Notes: generated by a model not told the origin, from the sequence alone. A DNA stretch of 64,000 nt from the human T2T-CHM13v2.0 reference genome, Homo sapiens (GCF_009914755.1 NC_060929.1), one strand, 5' to 3'; shown: positions 1 through 15,432, numbered from the stretch's first letter. Translations and numbers: made by a program.

Positions 1-498
1 TTAGAAAAGATGCTGTAGTAGCGGCATTTTTGGAAATGATTCAAACTGGCAGATTTTTATTTCCTGCTTGAAGAAATCCAGAAAGCCCCGTTTTGTTCAA
101 AAAATCCCTTTTACGACATGCTTGTCACTGCTGTTCATAATACCTATGGATCAATTAAACTCTCTTTGTAAAATATATGCTTCCTCAAAACCTACATACA
201 AAAACACAAGTAGCCCCTGGCAGACGTAACCCATAAAGCTAACTCTAAAACATCAACACCTTAATAAAAGTGGTTTAGCTGAATTATTTCTGATGTGGCA
301 GCTAGCTACAATGAGGTTTCTAATAAACAGATAAATTATGTTTTTTAAATACTCTTTCATATTCATTAACTCATTTCAGCTTTACATAAGTAGCAAGGAG
401 AGTTGGGTGTTCATTCCTTAATTCATTCCTAAAACAAACTTTATTGACTGCCAAGCACTATGTAAGAGTTCTAAAGATACGGACAAGATAATGATGCC

Positions 499-707
499 CA
501 GCCTGGGCAGCATAGTGAAACCTCATATCTACAAATATATATATTTTTCATTAGCCACCCATGGTGGTTTATGCCTGTAGTCCCAGCTAATCAGGAGGCT
601 GTGGCAAGAGAATCACTTTAGCCCGGGAGGTCAACGCTGCAGTGAGCAATGATCATGCCACTGCACTTCAGCCTGGGCAACATAGTGAGAAAAAAAAAAA
701 AAAAAAA
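499..707 (+). mobile_element. 5'-truncated old Alu (AluJ-like)
   Basis: CAGCCTGGGCAGCATAGTGAAACC...GGAGGTCAACGCTGCAGTGAGC..ATGATCATGCCACTGCAC followed by poly(A). Confidence 0.85.
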
Positions 708-712
708 GATGC

Positions 713-1002
<290 letters not shown>

Positions 1003-1919
1003 GATAGTAATGGTACTTGCCCTTGTGCCACTCACAGTGTAGTGGGGGACAAACACATAAAAACCATTATGTGCTTTTATGGGAGAATGTCTCCCAAAAG
1101 TTAAGTGTTTTTTCCCACGTCAAACAGCTAGAAACTTCTGGGGCAAGAATTTTCTGCAAAGTCTAAGGTCTCCAAAGTCTAAGTTCAGAACACTCTTAAC
1201 AGCACTCTACAGCATTTTATAAATGAACAAATTTTGATGAAAAAAATGAGGAAAAGAAAGCTCACAAACTGCGGTTCTGATATTGGAGGGATAAGCCGGG
1301 TTAGTTATCTCAGGAACCAGTGAGCAGCCAGCAGAACTGAGAGAGATTTCTCAGCAGAACAAAACAGGGAAGTATTCCCATAGATCTACTTCATAATTTC
1401 TCCCCAGCAGCCTTGAAGCGATGTCCAACCTGGCACAGAGTCTGGCATTAGATTGGTGCTCAAGAAACATCTACTTACTCTCTGTTCAACTGAATTTAAA
1501 TTAGTTATATGACCTCTTTTGGGTACGTTACCAAATGTCAAACAGTTGCCCACTGGTCCCCTCAAAATCCTTGAAATCTCAATGATGTTGCCTTGAACCC
1601 TGAATTCTACAGCATGGGAAAGCCTTAAGCCATCCTCAAGACATTTGCATTTTTCTGGTGTTGAGAATCTTTTTGTTGGCTCACTAATTCCATTCTACCC
1701 CGTGTCCCAAGGCATAGTGCTTTCTCTATTTTCCATGAGAAATCTATTTGTGTCTGCCCTTTGCTAAGCTTTCAAGAATTCACTGAAGATCATGCAGTTC
1801 TGGGGAGTGATTATATCATGTACAATGCAGTACAACTGATTCACCATCTTGCTGGTTCTACCACCCTCTCCCTCGCCCTCTCTCATATTTTCCTCTCCCT
1901 TTCTTCCTCTTCACTCAGG

Positions 1920-1977
1920 TACAGCTATACTTGCTGTTAGTATTTTACAGCTATACTTGCTGTAAGTATTTTACAGC
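1920..1977. repeat. 26-bp tandem duplication (about 2.2 copies)
   Basis: TACAGCTATACTTGCTGT(T/A)AGTATTT twice, then TACAGC. Confidence 0.9.
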
Positions 1978-2409
1978 AAGTGGGCTTGTCAAGGGGTTTT
2001 TCCACATCAGGGTGGATGTCTCCTCAGAAAGAATTCTCAAACCAACTGCTAAGACAATAAAAGTTTTCCATCTCTTATTCCACCCAAGACTGAAATCAAA
2101 GATGGAGACCACTGTTCTTTACTTTCCATTATTTCCTTTGACCACATGATGACAGATGTCAGAGAGTCCCTGTCATAATAGAGCTCCTGAGTGCTCGCCT
2201 AACTCAATGGAAGAACTGCTTTCACCTTGATCCAATTGCCAGCTTATCTACCTGGCTTTGATTCTCTGGAACCGCAGGCTTTCTTCACCACAAGTGTGGT
2301 CTCACGTGTTCTGGATCTGTGTCTATAAGCAACAGAAAAAAAAACTATTAAACACCCATTGCAAACAAAGTAAAATTCTAGGGACTGAGAGAGAAGAATC
2401 ATGGCCTCT

Positions 2410-2560
2410 GTTCTATAAGAATTTGTGAGCCCAGCTCTGGCACCAACTTACCATGTAATTTTAGGAAGATGACTAACTTCCCAGCCTCAGTTTCCTCATA
2501 TGTAAAATGGTGATATTGTAAACACCTACCACATAGGGTCATTGCAAAGAATAAATAAGG
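2410..2560. mobile_element. MIR
   Basis: Core CCTCAGTTTCCTCATATGTAAAATGG. Confidence 0.75.
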
Positions 2561-3559
2561 TAAAGACAAAACAAAAAGGCAAAACAAGTAAAGTACTTGG
2601 CTTGGTACATGGTTAATAATGATAATAAATTATGTACAAATAAATCAGTGCTGATTGCTCAATGAAATGGGAAAAGATGCATAATATAAGGCAGACTTTG
2701 ATAAGTTTTATAGGAGAGTTACAATTTCCTATGGGGAAATATGGGAGGGAAGGATTCATTCTAATTGAGAGGATTGAGAAAGGATACTCAGAGTAAACAA
2801 GAGTTGAGCTAGGTGTGAAGAATAAATAGGATTGGGACAAAAGGTCTTGGGAAGTTTCCACAAGGTATTGAGAATCAGTGTTGAAAACTTGTATATTTTT
2901 GGTAGTGTTTCAGTATTGAAGGATGATGATCTTGGCTCCTACCAGTTATGGTGAGAAACTAGGTTGCTATATTCAGAAACGATTTGGTGGATAGAAGTCT
3001 TGAAAGCTTTGTGGCTAAAACTCTACCTGATCCCTATGCAGTCTATGGGTGGCATAGTTTTTGTAAGGCCAGAGGTTACATTACCTGAAAGATCATTTAG
3101 ACCAATACTCATTAGATGTCTCAGCTGTTGTTGTAGGTACAACATCCTTACTCAAAAGCCAACTCATTATCAGTTCATACACCTCCAATGATAGAAAGTT
3201 CATTGCCAACACTATTTTGACCACAGTCAATATACTGAAAAGGACCAGAGGGCAGGAAACCCATCAGGTTCATGGGAGATCATAGGAAGAAGGACATAGT
3301 TTCCAGAAATTATCAGTTTTAAAAGGAAACTTAACTTGACTCTAAGCAAACCATTCAACCTCTCTGGACCTCAGAGCATCTCTCATGTTGCTTATAGCTC
3401 TAATATCCTGAAGCCTCAAATCAAAAAGGCAGCAGAGATTAAACAACATATTGTAGAGAAAAACCAACTGAAATCGGGCACACATACATATTTTGTAATT
3501 TTCAACTACAAAGTAAAGAGATTATTATTACCACTATGAAAGCATTTCATTTCAATTCA

Positions 3560-3960
3560 ACAAGCATCATGTCAGTCCCCAGGGTTACAGAGCTGAATAC
3601 TCCTACTCTATTCCACCCTGGACAAACCATTCCTGGAAAGCCTTCTATCCAGGTGTGGATGCCTCAGTTTAACAGGTATAGCAGTACACTATGGTTTGGC
3701 CAGAAGCTGGAGATATAGCTGGAACATAGGCTGTCATCTAAGTGAAAACTCTTATCAGAGCTATATGAGAGGAACTAAAGTTCTTTTAAACTACTGAGAG
3801 CAGAACAGGTGTCCACAGGTAAAATTACCACAGAAGTGGATTTCAGTTTTATGTAATGAAGATCATCCTAGTTATTAGAGTTGCTCACTGGAAAAGCTAA
3901 TGAATCCCATTGCAAGAAGTATTTCAGAACGATCTGGAGAACTAACTCTTAGAATAGTTG
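3560..3960 (+). mobile_element. L3/CR1 fragment
   Basis: Degenerate CR1 3' region (CTCTATTCCACCCTGGACAAACC; GATTTCAGTTTTATGTAATGAAGA; GAAGTATTTCAG). Confidence 0.5.
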
Positions 3961-4069
3961 TAGAAGACATGTTTGCACTGGCTAGGCAATTAGTCCAGAA
4001 GATACACAGTAATATTGATCACGATTCATTCATTTATTCAACATACATTAGTGAACACTTCCTGACTTT

Positions 4070-4290
4070 GGGGCTGGCATCCCTGGGTTTAAGTCTCCAC
4101 TGTGCTACTTCCTAGCTGTGATACCTTGAACCAGTTAGTGTCCCTGTATCTCAGTCTCCTCATCTACAAAATGGGAATAATAATCGCTCCTGCTTCAGAG
4201 AGTTATTGTGAAGATAAAAGGAGATGATTTATGTAAAGCAGTTTTGAACAGTGTCTGGCACATAATACATAGTCAATTAATATTAGACAT
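4070..4290. mobile_element. MIR
   Basis: CTCAGTCTCCTCATCTACAAAATGGGAATAATAAT...GTGTCTGGCACATA. Confidence 0.8.
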
Positions 4291-4319
4291 TAGTAGCAGT
4301 AATATGTGATATGTTACTG

Positions 4320-4610
4320 CTGTAATATATTGCAGCCAATGGCAGGCACTGGGCTAGACACTGGATTACCATGGTTAAGAAAACAGACATCAATCCTACG
4401 TTTCTTGAGTTTAAAGTCAGCCAAGAGGTTGGAGGGTGTAAAAGACAGTAAACAAAAAGTCACAGAAACAAATAGTTTCAAAATGTGACAATGCTATGAA
4501 GGGAAAAAAGAGAATTCCATGATAGCATATAACAGAGAGGAAGGAGACTCATCTAGACTCGGAGGTACAGGGAAGGGTTCTCTGAGGAACTGACACTTAG
4601 GCTGAGTTGC
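4320..4610 (-). mobile_element. L2 fragment
   Basis: GGCACTGGGCTAGACACTGG...GGGAAGGGTTCTCTGAGGA, an L2 3'-end pattern. Confidence 0.6.
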
Positions 4611-5716
4611 AGTATAGACGCATCCCTGTACCAGTGATTTAGAGGAGTGGCCTCACGCTTGACTTATTTTAAGTCCACAGAGAAAGCAAGCCATCTATCT
4701 GCAAGAGTGTGGCATCACCTGGCAATCTGATTCCCAGTTTGTGCATCAAGACTCACACTGGCAGTGTAAATGTAGACAAGCTCTCTTTGCTTTAGCTATT
4801 AGATTCCATTTAATTTTTCTCTGAAATCTATAAACATCAATAAATCCATCCATCCATCCAACCATTCATTCAATGATCCACTGGCCTATGGGAGATTCAA
4901 AGATATGTAGCCCCCAATGTCAAAAAATTCTGCAAGGGAAGCTGATGTGTGTATAAACTCCTGTAAGTGAAGATACATGGGAGTGATGGAGGGAAATGCT
5001 ATGGAATTTTGAAGAAGTTAGAAATTCAGCACCAATCCGGGTGTGAAGGGAGAAGTTGTTGGAAAAAGTGGCATGTTAAAGTATGCTGGGGGATTCTAAG
5101 CAAAGTGAACGCAAAGGAATCAAATCTTATTCAGCATTTGTGTTCTAAAATCAATGCATAAAGCCAAAAAAAGTCATAAATAGAGGATAGTCAAAAGTTC
5201 CCTTGAAAATCCCTTATGAGAGACTGTGTTGGAAAATGACACTGTCTCTCAAGAAATCCAATACAGTCACTGTGTCCTGTAGTCCCAAAATCAATTGTTG
5301 TTGCTTCAGCTGAATTCGTGAGCTTGCTTTAAGGGGCCAAGTTGTATGAAAACCATGAAATCTTCCACATTGGACTCACACATGTTGTGATGAGATGCTC
5401 ATCCTGTGGGAAGACCATAGAAGAGGTGAGGAGGAGTAGTTGTGGCCATGTTTCCTGCAACCTGCAGGGCAGCACTCACCATTCAGCATGGAAAAGCAGA
5501 CAGAGCTGTCCCTAGCAGCTTAGCCATCAATTTGCTCTGCTCTCAGCCTCCCTCAGTCTATTCATGTTATTTTTTGCCAACTAAATAGTTAACTGTGCTT
5601 GCATTAAATATAAATATAATAATGTGTCCAATGCAACATGGTTAAAAACCCGAGGTCAGCAAACAGCTGGGCTATTCAGGAAACAGCTCAGTGGCCCATT
5701 ATAACTGGAAGTTGGG

Positions 5717-6152
5717 GTCTATATTGGTCTCTAAGGCTCCCATAACAAAGCACCACAAACTCGATGACTTAATGCAACAGAAGTTTATTCTCTCATGGTT
5801 CCTTTTGGAGAGCAGAAGTCTAAAAATCAAGGGGTCAGCAGGGCCACACTTCCTGTGGAGGCTCTACAAGAGATTCCATCCTTTGCCTCTTCCAGCTTCT
5901 AGTGATTCTAATTCCTTGGCTTGCAGCTCCTCCCCTGTGTCCTTATGTCTCAACTCTCCCTCTCTTTTATTTTATAAGGACAACACTCCTTGAGCTTAGG
6001 GCCCACCCTAAATCTAGAATCATCTCATCTCAAGATTCTTAACATCTTCAAAAGCCCCATTTCCATTAAAGTCACATTCACAGGTACTGGGGTGGTGGGG
6101 TGGGGTTAGGACTTAGACGTATCTTTTGGAGATCTGCTATTCAACCCAATAC
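5717..6152 (-). mobile_element. MaLR solo LTR (MLT1B/C-like)
   Basis: CATAACAAAGCACCACAAACT...AAATCAAGGGGTCAGCAGGGCCAC...GTCACATTCACAGGTACTGGGG...ATTCAACCCAATACA. Confidence 0.8.
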
Positions 6153-7167
6153 AAAGTCTAAGAAAGAGAATTTTAAAAGTAGATTGAAGCCCTGTTTTGA
6201 CAGTCTTTGAATGCCAATTTTGAATGACTTTGAGGTTATAGTTCTCTTTAGAGTTGTGATGGTGGCAACTTTTACTTACATGCTATTTAAACATCTCTCT
6301 GCAGGGTCTCCTCCTCTGCCTTACTGTTCCTCTCTGACACCCTGGAGCCCTTCCCTACTACTTTATGTACTCATGAGGGATCCTGCAGGACAATAAGCTT
6401 TGATAAACTTGATAAACTCCAACATTGCTTTTTCATGTCCTAATCAAAATGCCCAACTTGTATCATATCCTCTACATGAGTGACGATTAATCAACTAAAA
6501 TAATCTTATAAGATTAAAATACTCTCATGATTAATCAAATAAAATAACCTTATTTTAAAATAATAAAATAATTAAGGCACTGGCTCGTCAACATTGTTAG
6601 AAATTGCACATGTGGCCTTTTGAGTGTGTCTATGTTAATGAGTGCTCTTGCTTGCAGAGATGCAGCTGCTGCTGGGGACACCACCTGAAGCAGGGAGGGA
6701 GAAATGCCCTAACTAGCTGCTTCTTCTTGTCCCCAAAATATCATTGGCCAAACTCAGCTAGAAGCCAGCTGATGCAGGAGCCTGGGAGCTACAGCTTGCA
6801 GAGATAAGATCCCTGTGATACAGAACAGAGGTGGGAAGGGAAAGACACTATGGGAAGACAAGTGGGCCCTGGACCAGCAAACTATTATTATCCCCATTTT
6901 ACAGAAAGGGACATGGAGCTCAGAGAAGGTGATGTGATTGCCTAGAGTCATGCAACTGGTGAGTATGAGTGTGGACTTTGAATCCAGGTCTGTCTGAATC
7001 ATAAGCCTGAGGTCTTGCCAGTCTTGCCTGGCTCTCACTACCATCATAGAAATTTCACTTGCTTTGTCTGACTGCTTGGTCAAGAGATAGACCAAGGTCC
7101 TGAGAGGCAGTTTCATGGCTCTGAAATCTGCAATAAAACCTTCCTTGGATTCAAGATCTGGGCTTTT

Positions 7168-7683
7168 ATAAAAAAAATTCTGGGATACATGTGCAAAACG
7201 TTCAGGTTTGTTACATAGGTATACATGTGCCGTGGTGGTTTGCTGCACCTATCAACCCATCATCTAGGTTTTAAGCCCCACATGCATTAGATATTTGTCC
7301 TAATGCTCTCCCTCCCCTTGCCCCCCACCCCCAAACAGGCCCCAGTGTGTGATGTTCCCCTCCCTATGTCCATGTGTTCTCATTGTTCAACTCCCACCTA
7401 TGAGTGAGAATATGCGGTGTTTGGTTTTCTGTTCCTGTGTTAGTTTGTGGAGAATGATGGTTTCTAGCTTCATCCATGTCCCTGCAAAGGACATGAATTC
7501 ATTCTTTTTTATGGCTGCATAGTATTCCATAGTGTATATGTGCCACATTTTCTTTATCCAGTCTATCATTGATAGGCATTTAGGTTTGTTCCAAGTCCTT
7601 GGTATTGTAAATAGTGCTGCAATAAACATAAGTGTGCATGTGTCTTTACAGCAGAATGATTTATAATCCTTTGGGTTTATACC
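7168..7683 (-). mobile_element. 5'-truncated L1PA (ORF2 C-terminus plus 3'UTR) with perfect 16-bp TSD
   Basis: ORF 7387-7773(-) includes the L1 ORF2 C-terminus (KDTCTLMFIAALFTI...WIKKMWHIYTMEYYAAIKKNEFMSFAGTWMKLETIIL). TSD CAAGATCTGGGCTTTT at 7152-7167 and 7684-7699. Confidence 0.95.
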
Positions 7684-9829
7684 CAAGATCTGGGCTTTTT
7701 GAAGGGCACAGAGTTGCAGGGCTCCAGCCTCCTTCAGGAAAGAACCCACTGAGTCCGCTGCTGCAAGTGCCATCAGCAGACACTCCAGCTGTCAGCATGA
7801 GCTTGGCAGCCTCAGCTGCAGAGAGCCACCTTGCCCAGGAGAGTACCCTTCCCTGACAGCACATACCCAATCACTGATAAAGGCTCAGTCTTTTCAGCTC
7901 ACTGAGGACAACTCTAATAAACATCACAGTTCAACTTCTGCCTCTGTTCAATCCTGTTTCCTCTCCCTTCCCCAAGTGCCGATCCCTAACAACAAACCCT
8001 GACTATGACAGCCTATGACAGGACTTTTCGTTGTTATTGTGCTCATCTCAGAGCCCCCTCAGTCTACACATATACTGGATGATGGTGGCAACAGGAGTGA
8101 AAGCCATGGCAATGACCATCGTGGAGGTGGTTTCACCTCCTTCCATCTCTAGACAGTGTGCAGGCCTGTCCCCAGTGGAATTTTTCTGGTTAATTTAGAC
8201 AGAAAAACAAATGGAGATACCATGAAATGATGAGGCACTCCATCATTTTTTTTGATGATGATCCATTGCTTCATTCCCCCAGAATGAATCACCAAAATAG
8301 TATTTGATTGGAAGGTCAGTGGAAGTACAACCATCAGCTTTTTAACCCCACCTCTTTGTTTTTTTATGCAGAGGGCAGAAAATGTCTTCTGGACGACTTA
8401 CTGTCTTGATAGTGTCTTCATACTGGAACAGAAACACAACCTAACATTCTGTAGCCCTTCTGGGCTATTGGGGTCTTCTCTCTAGAGGTAACTAGACTGG
8501 TTTCTGCCTTTCTGTAAAATATTCCCTCTGAAGATTCCCAGGATGCTTGGAGAAGTGCTCAGACCCACTGATTTCTAATACCAGCCCCTAGAGCCACAAT
8601 AAAGGCCTGAAGCTTGGTGGGGCTTCCAAAAGCCATCAAGTCCACCTCTCTGCCCTTGGGAAGAACCTCCCACCACCACCAACATACACATATTTTCTTT
8701 CTTCAAAATGAAATAAATTCCTTATTTTCTTGGCTATCCCAGCTCACCACTATCCAATCAGATGACACAAGCTACTGAAGCTCTGTAGAGCTGTGGGTGG
8801 CCTCCTTCACAATTTTCTTCCCTGCCAACTAATTCCTGACCTTAACCTTCTTAGGTGTCAGTGCAGCACCTATTATTCATGACTTCATTGACATTTCTTC
8901 CAAATCCCTGAAGCTGGTGGTGACTCATTCCCTCTTGTCATCAAGGGGCATCATTGGGCTGTATACAGTACACGGCATGAAGTTCATTTTAGCTGTTCTC
9001 TGAAGTCTTGCAACAAAGGAGCTCTGAAAATTTTTAATTTGATGACCTGGAGGCAAACATGAAGATTTCCAATTTAACAGCCTGAAGAATTAAATTAAAC
9101 AACCTGTGTGGGTCATGCAGGGACAAGGAGCCTGGACTTGCCCCCTTGGGGGTCAGAGTCCTCAGGTCCATGGAAAGTTGGTCTAACAAAGGTCTAAAAT
9201 GTCCACAGCAGTCCAGGCCTTCCCTAGAGGGCCCCGTTTGAATTTATTCATGTACCCAAATGCAGTTTGCACGAAAAGGGTATGTCCTTGTATTTTCCAT
9301 GGGATATTTTCTTTAGCTGAAAAGAACTGAACATTTATTGGGCTAAATGAGAACTGAGAATTCGTGCTCCTAGACAAAACTGGTGTCTTCACAGCACTAA
9401 TTAAGTCAAACAGGATGGCAATTTCCTGGGAAATTGCATCAAAACTCCTAGCTTCATGGTCGTTTGGTGGTATAGGTCCCCTCCACCCCGATTCTTAGAG
9501 CCTGAGCCACACTGGCATTTAGATAAGAGAAGGGGGCTTTGGTAACATAATTCATGGTGGAGAAAACAACAGTGGCCTTTTCAGTAAAATCATGCACAGG
9601 ACTTATACTAAGAGAAGGTTTATCCTGCAGGATAAAAGCTTGTTGGCTTGCAGATGTCCTACCTTAATGTCAGGACACAGTTATATCCTTTTATTCTCTT
9701 TTCTCCCCTCCTCTATTCCCCACTCCCACAAAACTCAAGCCCACAACCGCAGCTCCTACCCAAGAGCAAAATCTGAAATAAGTCACCGACAGCCTTAAGG
9801 ACCAAGCTCAAGGAAAAATGAAACTCTGG

Positions 9830-10173
9830 AGTTAAACCCAAGTCACAAATATATGACCCTGAGACCATACCTAGTGCATGGATACATCAGTTTGGTTCAT
9901 ATACAGTATCTTACTTTAAAATTTCAACATGCATTTCTAAATTGAGAGAGTCCACTAAAACTCCAGTTTTCCAGTTTCTCCTGAAAAATAAAAATATCCA
10001 GCCACAGCTGGATAGGATTCCTGCACAGCCAGAACCAGCTGGAGCTCAATAACCAGCATCAGCCCCTTCACAAGGGGCACACCCTCTCTAATTCGCCTTC
10101 CTTGTGCCACACAAGTTCCAGTTTTGCATAGTTCTGCTCTGGTCCCTGCAGGCATCCAGGTTTGAGTCCCCTG
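9830..10173 (-). mobile_element. hAT-Charlie non-autonomous fossil (MER102-like)
   Basis: Terminus CCCTGCAGGCATCCAGGTTTGAGTCCCCTG is the reverse complement of a CAGGGG..CAAAC-type end. Confidence 0.5.
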
Positions 10174-10239
10174 AATTAAAGCAGGGAAAGGAGAAGAAAA
10201 AGGGAGGGTCAACTGAGAAGAGGTTTCCCTGATATATTT

Positions 10240-11030
<791 letters not shown>

Positions 11031-12009
11031 ATGGGGAGAATGGTAAGTATGGGCGACACATACCATTTGTGAAAGGTGGCATCCTGAGATTCTGTTAGAG
11101 TGGCTCTGTGTTGGAATGCTGGGGAAGAACTGAACATGTGGCTGAGTGGAATCCGCCTCTGTGGGGTCTGTTGGTGCTATAAGTAAAAAGTAAAGGACGA
11201 TTTGTCCCTTCTTCTGGACTCTATGTATGACCAGCTGACAGTAAAGTCATTTTGTTATGAACTCTACCACTCCTCCCTTTCACCGTTAGGGGCCTGGCGC
11301 TTGTGTTTCAGGTACTTGCCTGGCCATCAGAGAGCAGGTTCCCATCCCTACCAAGGGCCCAGAATTTGTTCTCCAGATTTTCTTCCCCTAAGGGGTGCAC
11401 AAAAAGGAGTTGCCTTTGAGAGCAGTCGTGGGACTCAGGCCTGCAGTCAGAAGGGCAGCCCCTCTGGTTGAAGCTCTTTACTAAAAGGACTGATGATGTG
11501 TTTTCTGGAATGGGAGCCTCAGTTCATAAATCAAGGCTTGTTGCCTGCCCCTTTTCGCCTTCTCAGAGCCGTGCGCTCTGAAAAACACTTAGCAAATAAA
11601 GTTTCAGCTCCCGGTCCCCTGTGTCTCCCCTCCACCCTTTGTAAACCACTCTGCTAAGCTAGAACTGAGCAAAGCTGATGACCTCAGAAGACCCGGGGAC
11701 AATAGGAGAACTCTGTCCAAGCCTCTTCCCTCCCACTGCACCAGATGGGAAGGTCATGCCGGGAGCCAGCTCTGGAGAAGTCCTTCATGCCCTCTGGTTG
11801 CCGTGCACCCAATCTTTGGGTGCAACAGCACATCAGTTGGCAAATGTCAAAAACCGAGAAAATAATAATTTCAGTACTCCATGTTGGCGTCATGCTCTCC
11901 AGCCTCCTTCTAAACACTTTCATATCTCATATCTCATTGGGTCCTTCTGATGACTCTGAGCAGCCACTAGGGCAGTGGTCACAAAAATCATTAAATCACA
12001 GTCATCATA

Positions 12010-12250
12010 GCCACTATTTTATGGACTCCCTACTGTGCACCAGGCATTGTGCTCAGCACTTTGCACCCATTATGTCTCTCAATGCTCTCAGCCCCATAAG
12101 GTAGGTACTGTCCCTAACCCCACTTTATAAGTAAGGAATCCAAAGCTCAGAAAGAAGGTGCAGCGTGCCCAGGGCTGCTCAGTTCACAAACGACAGAGGC
12201 AGGCTTTAAGCTCAGATCTCTTTAGTTGAAAAGCCTGGGCTTTTAATAAC
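12010..12250. mobile_element. MIR
   Basis: CCAGGCATTGTGCTCAGCACTTTG...GTAGGTACTGTCC...AAGCTCAGA. Confidence 0.7.
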
Positions 12251-14108
12251 TACTACTTTATTCTCTCAGTCTAGGAAGTGATGTTTTGATGGCAGCTGGA
12301 GTGAATGCTCTTGAAATCCACTTCCTGATTCTTCCTTCTCTCCCGAGCCTTACTTCCTGTTTTCTGACCTCTTCTGGGAACAACCTGAGTTTCAAGTGCC
12401 AGATTAGGTGCTCTGAAACCTAGAAAAACAGGTTCAGGTCTCTTCAGCTTGGTCTTGTCAGGACTCCAGGGCTGAACGAGGCCCAAGAATCAGAGGACCA
12501 AATGCCGAGGCAGTCTCAGGCAGCTCCGACAGTCCGGGACGCCAGGCCCAGCAGTCCTACAGTTGCCCTCTTGAATCAGTCGGGTCCAGAGATGAGCAGC
12601 AGCTGTTACCTAGGCTATGTCAGGGCCAGGAGCCAAGGTAAGGGTCAAGGACTAACAGGAAAGCACATGAGGGCTGAGCACAGGGTTTGCACTGGGCAGC
12701 TGGGATCCAGTTCAAGGGGCCTCCTGCCCCAGATGGGAACAAAGCTCCAGGAACACACTTGAGCCAACTGAGAAGAGAACTCCCACTCAGAGTAGGGCTC
12801 CAGTCCAAGGAGGGAGGCTGGGAAATAAGGAGCCAATAAACCAGACCATCTCAGGCAGTTCTGGATTCCCTGTTTTCCGCGTGCAATCTGTCTGATTAAT
12901 TCAGCTAATGTGTTATTGGCTGATAACAATACCTCATTTCCCCCAGGTAGCACATATAATAAGGTGAAGTAACCTATTTCACCATCTTTAATCCTTACCA
13001 TGATTCCCAAAACATAGCAGGTGTTAGGGAGTCTCCATTTTACAAGTAAGCAAACTGAGGCTTGGAGAGATTAGGTGACCTGTGCAAGGTCTTCTACAGG
13101 AAGTGACAGGATTGGAGTCCTAGTCTGCTTAGCTCCCTAAAAAATGTTCTTTCTTTTCTATCATGTATCATGTATCACACTCAAGAACCAGAACTGTGGG
13201 GTCTTCACACACTGCAATATTGAATAGATCATGCATGTATCCATTTATCAACTAACATCTTCTCTGTGCTTGGTGCCAGGAGTGCCAGAGTGGATAAGAC
13301 AGACAGCCTGTACCCAAGGAACTTACTGCTCATGCCCCCTAGACTTTTCTGATGTCGCTCAAAACCCAGCAAAGAGCCAGCTGCCTCCTTACATCCTCAC
13401 CCCGGCCCTGGGTGAGGCAGGTCGGGTCTGCTACTGCATATTCCTCATGCCACTTTCTCTGCTTGTTACAGAAACCACACTGTTGACAGAGGCAGAGCTG
13501 TGGGACCAACGGATTAGACTGTATCATTTTGAATCTAAGCTGCATCCTCTGCAATCAGTGGCCTCTGCTGTCCCAGAGGTTTCTGTTTGTTTGGGGTTGG
13601 GAGGATTTGCTCGGATTAGCGTAGAGATTGTCTGTTCACCGGGGAAAGGGGCCCAGTGACTGACGATGGACCAGCTGGAATGCAGTCAGCTTGGCTCCTC
13701 CCATGAACCACAGCTCTGGAGTGACACAGCGCTTCTGCTGGCTCCAGCAGCAACAGGCGCCTGCCTGTAAGCACGACGGTGGGAATGACATCTTTTGGTT
13801 ATCACTCCATCACTGAAACTCTTTAGGAATAATTCCAGCCCCCTCTCCAGCAGCCAGGACTATAAATAAAGATTCCCTGGGGATGCTGAATCCTGCCCTT
13901 CATCCTGGCTGCCTCTGTGACTCATTCCACAAGCCAATTCTTCTTCTATCTTCTTAATTATGGGGAGGGGGGAGTGAAAGTCTGTGCATATCTACCTGCA
14001 TGCTGTGTGCATTGTCTTAGTTGCAGTCCACACGCATATGCATGCGTGTGTGTGGGTACATGTGTGTTTACCTGTGACTCGGTGTTTAAGCTTAAAATGT
14101 AGACAAGT

Positions 14109-14421
<313 letters not shown>

Positions 14422-15432
14422 CTTTAAAAAGTAAAGGGTAGAGAAGAGATGCATTCCTCATACATATTTCAGTGTGGCGATTGTTAGCTAAGGCTCCATA
14501 GTAAATCATATCTCCATTTATGAAGGCCCTTTTTGGGCACTACCCTATGCTAAGTAAGGTGAATAAGACACAAACTCTATCATCTTCATAGACTACAATT
14601 GCTTAAAGCAAATAAAATCCCTGAAGCGGTGGCAGCAGTTGAGAGCAGCATTTCATAAAAAGAAAACCCTCACCTATAACAGAGAAGAGTAAAGGAAACA
14701 TTCATTTACTGAATTTCTTCTTCCCCACACCAGGCACTTACTAAGTGCCACATAATTCATTCCTTAAAACAGTGCAAGAGTTTCCCATCCCACTTTTCAA
14801 AGGTGATAAAACAGGCCTATAGAAGTTAAATAACTGGCCTAAAATTACAAAGACCATGTGGACCCAAGATGAAATGTGAATTCAAGGGTTTGGGGCAGAA
14901 TCTTAAAGGTCATCCCATCTAAACCTTCATCTAATGCTTGCATCTACCCTACAAAGCTCATGAAAACTGGTCATTCAGCCCCGTGGTAGGAGAAACTCAA
15001 CTCTCAAGTCAAGTGGTTCCATCTTCAGACAGTGTCAAACTGCTAGCAAGCTCTCTTCTATGTTGAGGCCAAATCTGCCCCCTTTTTATTTCTACCCATC
15101 CAAGTTTTCCTATGCCCTCTGGGGCTAACACAGCAGGTCTAATTCCTCCTCCTTATCACTGTCTTTCAAATAAGTCGTCTTCCATTTCCTTACCCAGCCA
15201 GGCCATTCCACACTTGAAATTATTTCAAATCCCTAAATATTTGTTCATCACTGTATCCTTCATGCTGGTACCCACAGTGTTGCCACATCTAGGTTAGGTA
15301 AATATCAGTTGAGTGAATGAAGAGATACATGAGCTCTTTCAGGGTAGATGGTGCCATGACTTGTTTCATTAAATCTTTGGTCTTAATTAAAGATTGCCTG
15401 GTTTCCAGGAACAGTCTATTCTGGCTACTTTA

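Noticed and set aside
7387-7773. 128-aa ORF with protein-like C-terminal part
   Set aside because: It is the L1 ORF2 C-terminus of a truncated insertion joined to flanking DNA, with a non-ATG start; not a host gene.
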